NCBI GenBank assembly: GCA_964537555.1
Contig: CAZIAD010000001.1
Coordinates: 5,732 to 69,731, forward strand
Direction: 5' to 3'
DNA from: an uncultured Brevinematales bacterium
GTDB lineage: Bacteria > Spirochaetota > Brevinematia > Brevinematales > CAYRWR01
Length of the DNA: 64,000 nucleotides
The notes under the pieces are model-generated. The model did not search any database. It had not been told where the DNA came from and worked only from the letters and a program-made list of their open reading frames with translations. The position numbers and the translations under genes are program-made. Positions 58,309 through 64,000 of the stretch are shown piece by piece. Position 1 is the stretch's first letter, and each line of letters begins with the position of its first letter.

Positions 58309-59472
58309 TTAACGGGGATAGACTTCTCCATCCACAGGATAGTTATACCAGTCCATATCCATTTTACCATTTGATTCATACCAGGACTTAAACTTAGGAT
58401 AAGCATTGGTGATAAAGTTGCGCTCATAGGGCCACAGGAAGTCCATGGGCACGACCATTGCCCAGGGGAATCCATCCTCATCGATCACAATGCCGCTATA
58501 ATCTGTATTCACAAAAGGAAGGTGTACTTCCTGCCTGTTGCCATTGGTATCCACGGGCACGGCTTGATTGCCATTCGGGACAAGGAAGGGGTCATAAGGC
58601 ATAGGCTGAATAGTATGGCGCATCACCGGGACATCCAGGAGTATCTGGTTGGTCCTGATAATAGCCGCAGGAATATACTGTGCGTCAGCAGGGTCTTCCT
58701 TGGAGTTAAACTTGGAAGCCAGATCGGCCTTGTAACTCAGGATCAGGGGATATTCCTGTCCCATAATGTTGATAAAGAGCTGGTTATCATAGCCGGCTCC
58801 ACTGGCAAGGGCCTGAGCAGTCACTATCACGGCTGCCACTTCATTTGAGACATTGATGCGCTCTTCAAAAGTCATAGTGGTGACAGCATCATTAAAGTCA
58901 GCATCCCCCTTTACGGGATAAAGGTCTTCATAGACCAGGGTATACTGGCCCCGGATAGCTTTGGCATAGCGGGCATCATCCGGGAAATCATCCTGGTCAT
59001 CCGGTACTCCGTCCTGATCAGTATCTATGATCACAGGAGGAGCTATCCCTTTGACCACTGTCAGAGAACGGTCTATGGTCTGATACTGAGCCAGATTATC
59101 GACCTGGGATGTATAAGCAGTGATCTGAGGATGTGTCACTACTATAGTAGCATCCCCTTCATCATTGGGTGTAGTCACTGAGAACAGGGCCAGTCCTTTT
59201 GAATCAGAAAAAGCATAGGATATGGCCTGCCCCTCTGCATTGTATACAGTGACCAGAGCACCCTGTAGTGGCGAATGAGCCGTGGACTGAATACCCATAC
59301 GGATCTCTACTACGGATACAGTATCAAAGTTAAAGTCCTGCTCTGACTTTAACACATCATTGATCACTTCAGTGGCACCAGGAACGACAGAGACATCTTC
59401 GGAAACGGCTGAACAGGCAGCCAGGAGTGAGATGCAGACTATAAGGCCTGCACCCAGGATTCTATTTTTCAT
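58309..59472 (-). CDS. LruC-domain lipoprotein
   Basis: ORF 58309..59517; start at MKNRILGAGLIVCISLLAAC; 'DTDQDGVPDDQDDFPDD' acidic repeat typical of LruC-like proteins. Confidence 0.6.
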   Translation of the reverse strand: MKNRILGAGLIVCISLLAACSAVSEDVSVVPGATEVINDVLKSEQDFNFDTVSVVEIRMGIQSTAHSPLQGALVTVYNAEGQAISYAFSDSKGLALFSVTTPNDEGDATIVVTHPQITAYTSQVDNLAQYQTIDRSLTVVKGIAPPVIIDTDQDGVPDDQDDFPDDARYAKAIRGQYTLVYEDLYPVKGDADFNDAVTTMTFEERINVSNEVAAVIVTAQALASGAGYDNQLFINIMGQEYPLILSYKADLASKFNSKEDPADAQYIPAAIIRTNQILLDVPVMRHTIQPMPYDPFLVPNGNQAVPVDTNGNRQEVHLPFVNTDYSGIVIDEDGFPWAMVVPMDFLWPYERNFITNAYPKFKSWYESNGKMDMDWYNYPVDGEVYPR

Positions 59473-59734
59473 TTGTACCCCCCGATACGGAATGGGGGTA
59501 TGCACCATAACCCCCATATAACATTACTAATAAAATATGTTAATGCTTAAGAAATATTATGTCAAGAAACGAATGTGTTTACAGATAATTACCGGTGCCC
59601 ATGTCATTATTATAGATAAAGATGTCATCTAATTTCTTAGTTTTGATGAGGCCAATTCTACTGAAAAGGGGCTCCATGTTTTGATTTTAATTATAGGCTA
59701 ATTTACAATTAACCCTGAACAGAAGGAGAAAATA

Positions 59735-60982
59735 ATGTCACACAAAGAGTATATAGAGAAAATCGCCCAACAGGCCCGCAAAGTGTCCTACCAGGTGGCC
59801 TCCAAAAGCACCCGGGAAAAGAATGCGGCCCTAGAGGCCATAGCAGGACAGATCAGTGCTGCCAGGCAGGCCATACAGAAGGAAAATGCCAAAGATATAG
59901 AGTATGCCCGTAATAATAATATCAGTGAAGCGGTAATAGACCGGCTCTTACTCACTGATGCCCGTATCGACACTATGGTACAGGCTATCCGGGATATTAT
60001 TCAGCTGGACGACCCGGTGGGATCAGGAGACCTGATTCGCACCCTGCCTAACGGCCTCCAGCTCAACAAGATAAAAGTACCCCTGGGGGTGGTGGCCATG
60101 ATCTATGAGTCCCGCCCTAACGTGACCAGCGATGCCGCCAGCCTCACCCTCAAATCAGGAAATACCGTGATCCTCCGGGGGGGCAAGGAATCACTTCACT
60201 CCAATAAGATCATTGCTGACCTGATACGTAAAGGCCTGGAATCGGTAGCTTTTCCTGTGGACGCGGTGCAGTTTATCGATCAGACGGACAGGGAAATAGT
60301 AGACGAGATGCTCAGGCTGAACCAGTACATCGATGTCGTCATACCCCGGGGTGGTGAGGGCCTGATCCGGGCTGTGTCTGAAAAGTCCAGTATCCCTGTG
60401 ATTAAACACGATAAAGGGGTGTGCCATGTATTTGTCGATGCCAGCGCAGACCGGGCCAAAGCTGAAGCCATAGCGGTCAATGCCAAAGTACAGAGGCCCA
60501 GCGTGTGTAATGCCGCCGAGACCCTGCTTATCCATAAAGACTATCCTTATAAAAAAGAGATTATTGCCGCCCTGCTTAAGGAAAACGTGGAAGTGCGGGC
60601 TGATAAAGCCCTGCGCCATGTAGTAAATGGCCTGCCTGCCGCTACCGAAGAGGACTGGACTACCGAGTACCTCGACCTCATCATCTCTGCCAAAGAAGTA
60701 GAGTCAGTACAGGCAGCAGTGGACCATATAAATACCTACGGCTCCCATCATTCTGACGCCATAGTCAGTGAGCATTATGGCTCTACTCAGCTCTTTTTAC
60801 AGCAGGTAGACTCCGCTGCAGTGTACGCCAATGCCTCCACCCGCTTCACCGACGGGAGTGAGTTCGGGCTGGGAGCGGAGATCGGCATCTCCACCCAGAA
60901 GCTGCATGTCCGGGGCCCCATGGGGCTGGAGGGGCTGTGTTCCGAGAAGTGGGTGATCTACGGCCAGGGGCAGGTCCGCTGA
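59735..60982 (+). CDS. proA: glutamate-5-semialdehyde dehydrogenase (gamma-glutamyl phosphate reductase)
   Basis: 415 aa; ALDH-superfamily; catalytic Cys in 'RPSVCNAAETLL'. Confidence 0.9.
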   Translation: MSHKEYIEKIAQQARKVSYQVASKSTREKNAALEAIAGQISAARQAIQKENAKDIEYARNNNISEAVIDRLLLTDARIDTMVQAIRDIIQLDDPVGSGDLIRTLPNGLQLNKIKVPLGVVAMIYESRPNVTSDAASLTLKSGNTVILRGGKESLHSNKIIADLIRKGLESVAFPVDAVQFIDQTDREIVDEMLRLNQYIDVVIPRGGEGLIRAVSEKSSIPVIKHDKGVCHVFVDASADRAKAEAIAVNAKVQRPSVCNAAETLLIHKDYPYKKEIIAALLKENVEVRADKALRHVVNGLPAATEEDWTTEYLDLIISAKEVESVQAAVDHINTYGSHHSDAIVSEHYGSTQLFLQQVDSAAVYANASTRFTDGSEFGLGAEIGISTQKLHVRGPMGLEGLCSEKWVIYGQGQVR

Positions 60983-61034
60983 TAGAACAGGGGCATCCTG
61001 AGTATATACCTTATACTGTACCGCCCTACCGGGG

Positions 61035-61071
61035 CTCTTTCCCTGTCGGTGGGCGACAGGGCAGGGGCTGG
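61035..61071 (+). repeat. GC-rich hairpin-forming repeat A (ctctttccctgtcggtgggcgacagggcaggggctgg)
   Basis: near-identical copy at 61503-61539; related to the tail of the palindromic element at 7905-7925 / 8921-8970. Confidence 0.6.
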
Positions 61072-61404
61072 CATAAGGTGCCTATGCCGGAGACAACCGG
61101 AGGGCTTTCCGCTTTCTTTTCGGGAAGAAAAGAAAGCTTGGCAAAGAAAATTCCTTTTTTGGCTGGTGGAACTATAGGGCATCACCCCGCGAATTGGTGG
61201 CTGATAGATTAGCAGACAATGTGCCGGGCGGGCTGAATGTCCTGGCGGAGAGGCGCAGACTAGGGTATTTCAGCCCTTAGTAGCGTAGGGTGGGGTGCAC
61301 ATTGAGGAGCGGGACAGCCCCCTTCGGCGGGGAATTGGAGCCTGGTTTAGTTGAAGTTTTTTAGTCGGTTTGAGGGTTAGGGCTCGGACTTAAAAGATTT
61401 GTCC

Positions 61405-61450
61405 ACTATAGACTATAAGCTAATGACTAGTGACTCATTTTGACTCTACC
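61405..61450. repeat. island-associated imperfect palindrome R1 (ccactatagactataagctaatgactagtgactcattttgactc)
   Basis: shares 'ccactatag' and 'gagtcat/gactcat' blocks with R2/R3. Confidence 0.4.
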
Positions 61451-61502
61451 TGTTACTGTCTTCCTGAGTCTCTACCCTTTACTTTACCCCACTATCGAAG
61501 GA

Positions 61503-61539
61503 TTTTTCCCTGTCGTTGGGAGACCTGGCAGGGGGCTGA
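61503..61539 (+). repeat. GC-rich hairpin-forming repeat B (tttttccctgtcgttgggagacctggcagggggctga)
   Basis: 29/34 identity with repeat A, direct orientation, 468 bp apart. Confidence 0.6.
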
Positions 61540-61569
61540 TGGTAAACAGTAGTTAGGTGCAATTCAGCA

Positions 61570-62427
61570 TTGATAAAAGTAGGAGCAATTATTATAAAAT
61601 ATCACTCTTTCTTACTGATAATAGTCTTATTTCTAACATCTTGTAGTCCTCGTATACTAGAAAGAAAAGAAATTCCAAGTCCTAGAGATGGAATAAAGAG
61701 AGAATCTATACAGTATGTAAGTCAAGGCATATCTGTTCGAGGGTATATACTTCAACCTGAATCCGATACTAAAAGTCTACCTGTAATTATTTATATTCGT
61801 GGTGGACATTCAAAATTGGGATTTATATCTGAAGAGTTTTTTGATTATCTTGCATTCATATCTAGTCTAGGATATGCAGTATTTATAAATGAACAACGTG
61901 GAGCTACTTTTACAGATGGAAAAGATGAATATGGTGGCAAAGAAATAAATGATGTGAAAGCACTTATTCGTATTGCTCTCAAAGAAAAAAATATTGATAA
62001 GAATAAAATATATATGTGGGGTAATTCTAGGGGTGGAATGATGGCATATCTCTTCCAGAAATATCAGCTACCAATAAAGGCAATGGCAGTAACCGGAGGA
62101 ATCTCTGATTTGTCTTTTTCATATAGCAATCGTGAAAAGAGTTTCCAAGATGTGCTTGATGATGCAATCGGTGGACCTCCTGCAAAATACCCTAAAGATT
62201 ATCAGTCTCGATCAGCAGTATGTTGGCCAGAAAAGTTTCACATTCCAGTAATTATTATACATGGAGAAGATGACTGGAGAGTTCCTGTTTCTCAGGTTTC
62301 AAATTTGGTTACAAAATTAGAGAACCTCAGCAAAGAGTTCGAGGTTCATATTCTACCTGACCAACCACATTTTACAGATACAAATATTTCAATTCCTTTA
62401 ATTAAAGGTTGGTTTGAGAAATATTAG
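61570..62427 (+). CDS. alpha/beta-hydrolase lipoprotein (S9 peptidase/dienelactone-hydrolase-like) in AT-rich island
   Basis: 285 aa; lipobox LTSCS; GxSxG 'WGNSRGGMMA'; 'IIHGEDDWRVP'; GC about 33%. Confidence 0.7.
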   Translation: MIKVGAIIIKYHSFLLIIVLFLTSCSPRILERKEIPSPRDGIKRESIQYVSQGISVRGYILQPESDTKSLPVIIYIRGGHSKLGFISEEFFDYLAFISSLGYAVFINEQRGATFTDGKDEYGGKEINDVKALIRIALKEKNIDKNKIYMWGNSRGGMMAYLFQKYQLPIKAMAVTGGISDLSFSYSNREKSFQDVLDDAIGGPPAKYPKDYQSRSAVCWPEKFHIPVIIIHGEDDWRVPVSQVSNLVTKLENLSKEFEVHILPDQPHFTDTNISIPLIKGWFEKY

Positions 62428-62475
62428 GTTTTTGAAATTAGAATAATATGATATTAAAATATAACACAGTACCTA

Positions 62476-62520
62476 ACTAGGACTCTGCAGCCACTATAGC
62501 GGCGCTGAGTCATGTACGTT
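62476..62520. repeat. island-associated GC-rich imperfect palindrome R2 (aactaggactctgcagccactatagcggcgctgagtcatgtacg)
   Basis: dyad gactctgc...gctgagtc; about 80% identical to R3; between genes. Confidence 0.6.
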
Positions 62521-62549
62521 ATCTACCATTTAAATAGGAAGAGAAAAAT

Positions 62550-63044
62550 ATGGATAGAATTTTTGAATTAGTTTCTAAAGCTTATACAACTAATGAGTTA
62601 GATGCACTAGTAAATGGTCAAAAAAACTATGGTTTACAAACACCTTATATGTGTCCTGTAAAAGAACTTCCAACAGACTGGCAAAAATTATTAATAGAAG
62701 GGATTTATCCCTTCTATATGAATAGTGATAAGCAGATAAAAAATAAAATGGAAAAAATGTTACTCAGCAATATGGATTCAATATTGGGATTGTATTGCAC
62801 AATAAATTTGTTTTTCAGACAAATAATGAATGAGTCTTTTGGCAATTCCCCATTCATAATGGATAAAGAAGCTATCATACATGATATACCAATAAAAATA
62901 AAAATGTTTAAAAGTGACTTGAAAAAAGATTTTCGATGGATGGGCGAGCATTTAGCCCAAGGACTTTATGATGAAATTCAAAGGATGATTTCAATTCTTA
63001 ATACTGATTTTAAAGTTAAATTAAGTAATACGCTAGATAACTAG
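62550..63044 (+). CDS. hypothetical protein (helical, no recognisable motif) in AT-rich island
   Basis: 164 aa; GC about 28%; SD ggaagag before ATG. Confidence 0.6.
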   Translation: MDRIFELVSKAYTTNELDALVNGQKNYGLQTPYMCPVKELPTDWQKLLIEGIYPFYMNSDKQIKNKMEKMLLSNMDSILGLYCTINLFFRQIMNESFGNSPFIMDKEAIIHDIPIKIKMFKSDLKKDFRWMGEHLAQGLYDEIQRMISILNTDFKVKLSNTLDN

Positions 63045-63085
63045 GACTCCGCCGCCACTAGCCCAGTGCAGAGTCATTTCATCAT
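63043..63085. repeat. island-associated GC-rich imperfect palindrome R3 (aactaggactccgccgccactagcccagtgcagagtcatttcat)
   Basis: dyad gactccgc...gcagagtc; overlaps the TAG stop of 62550..63044. Confidence 0.6.
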
Positions 63086-63114
63086 ACACCTTAAAAAAAC
63101 AGAGAGGACACCTT

Positions 63115-63741
63115 ATGAAAAAAACACTCTTCAGCACCCTTTGTCTTTTGACCCTCTTATCCTGTCAGACACAGTCTGAGCCTAAAAAGGATTACCTTAA
63201 TGCCTATAAGACAAAAAATTACATTTGGTATAAGAATAAGATCTTGAGTAAAAAAATTTATCTGGGAGAGCATCTGGATACTGTGCTCCCAAAAGTCAAA
63301 GATAAAGACTTAGAGGTCAAACTTCAGGATAATATGCCTGAAGTGAAATACTTCGTAAGCAGTACCAGACTGTTTGGATATGACAGCGATGCATTATTCA
63401 GGTTTGGTTTTGACTATCTGGTATATGTAAAATATATGATAGTAGTACATGATGAGGCATATAATTCTGTCTACTCTAAAATAGAGCGTATTTTGAGCAA
63501 AAAATACGGCCCTTACAGATTAGATGCTTCCCATGAAAAACAATGGGTCATAGCTGAAACCTATTCTGTCACTTTAGGTAAATTTATCCATACTGGTAAT
63601 GAGCCCTATGATGCCATTACAGTTACCTACCGAGAGCACCGTGTCACTTCCAAAATCATTGAAAGGGCGAGGCAGGATCTGGAAAAAAAGGAAGAAATCG
63701 ACACCGTTCTGGATCTGGCCTATAATCCTCATAATCAATAA
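63115..63741 (+). CDS. lipoprotein of unknown function in AT-rich island
   Basis: 208 aa; signal peptide + lipobox LLSCQ; SD gagagga. Confidence 0.6.
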   Translation: MKKTLFSTLCLLTLLSCQTQSEPKKDYLNAYKTKNYIWYKNKILSKKIYLGEHLDTVLPKVKDKDLEVKLQDNMPEVKYFVSSTRLFGYDSDALFRFGFDYLVYVKYMIVVHDEAYNSVYSKIERILSKKYGPYRLDASHEKQWVIAETYSVTLGKFIHTGNEPYDAITVTYREHRVTSKIIERARQDLEKKEEIDTVLDLAYNPHNQ

Positions 63742-63753
63742 GGATCTTTAAAA

Positions 63754-64000
63754 ATGGAAAGACTACATATCAGGAAAATCGGAAAAGAAAACATCAAGCT
63801 TCATATCCAGTGTCGCATGACATATTGCCTCAGGGACTCTAAAGATGTGGCTCAAAAAGAGTATGAAGCCTTTTTTAAGGATGTAGAGGAATGGACCCTG
63901 GAGCAGCTGAAATCAGATTCCTATTATACCTATGCGGGTTATTTAGGTGATGAATTAATTTGCTTTGCCGGGGTTCTGATATATGAGCTGCCTCCCATTC
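63754..64000 (+). CDS. GNAT-family acetyltransferase-like, 5' part (runs off window)
   Basis: MERLHIRKIGKENI... 'YAGYLGDELICFAGVLIYE'; GC returns to about 45%. Confidence 0.45.
   Translation, partial: MERLHIRKIGKENIKLHIQCRMTYCLRDSKDVAQKEYEAFFKDVEEWTLEQLKSDSYYTYAGYLGDELICFAGVLIYELPPI

Noticed and set aside
61035-61540. tRNA / tmRNA / RNase P RNA in the GC-rich block after proA
   Set aside because: No GTTCRANYC T-loop, no tmRNA 5' GGGGNUGA...3' CCACCA ends, and no RNase P conserved P4/CR blocks could be found by eye. Left as unclassified structured region.
62476-63085. Classical integron attC sites
   Set aside because: R2 has an RYYYAAC-like left core (acctaac), but neither R2 nor R3 has a proper GTTRRRY right core and no intI is in the window. 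Called only cassette-like, not integron.
1-64000. CRISPR arrays, rRNA, tRNA genes
   Set aside because: No regularly spaced direct repeats with unique spacers, and no rRNA/tRNA-like conserved blocks were seen anywhere in the window.

Overview
This is a 64-kb chromosomal window from what looks like a diderm bacterium, with GC roughly 45-50%. Many lipoproteins carry a lipobox Cys, several outer-membrane beta-barrel proteins are present, and there is a LruC-like lipoprotein and an LRR protein, which may point to a spirochaete-like organism, though this is unverified. Housekeeping genes are recognisable: ilvB-ilvH with a Val-rich leader-peptide attenuator, ilvC, fabI, mrp/apbC, guaA, pgi, proA, mnmE, yidC, rluD-like, pepF and an acyl-CoA ligase. 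They are interleaved with accessory content: a beta-lactamase-like hydrolase, a methyltransferase, two GNATs, a TetR-controlled flavodoxin/FMN-binding/flavoprotein operon, an aliphatic-sulfonate-type ABC transporter with two binding proteins (one fused to an OmpA-like domain) plus a VWA protein, HepT/MntA and VapBC-like toxin-antitoxin pairs flanking a CvfB-like gene, a flotillin operon, a HAMP-PP2C phosphatase followed by a frameshifted REC-DHp gene, a GGDEF membrane protein, and two flavodoxin-ferredoxin paralogs. The more unusual signals are: (i) a composite palindromic repeat element present twice and flanking, and partly encoding the C-terminus of, a membrane protein with a C-terminal C4 zinc ribbon; (ii) related tail repeats bounding a GC-rich structured non-coding stretch after proA; (iii) an AT-rich, apparently acquired three-gene array (61.56-63.75 kb) punctuated by GC-rich imperfect palindromes at gene junctions; (iv) an unannotated 32-aa poly-Val leader peptide, attenuator and promoter upstream of ilvB. 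No rRNA, tRNA or CRISPR array was recognised.
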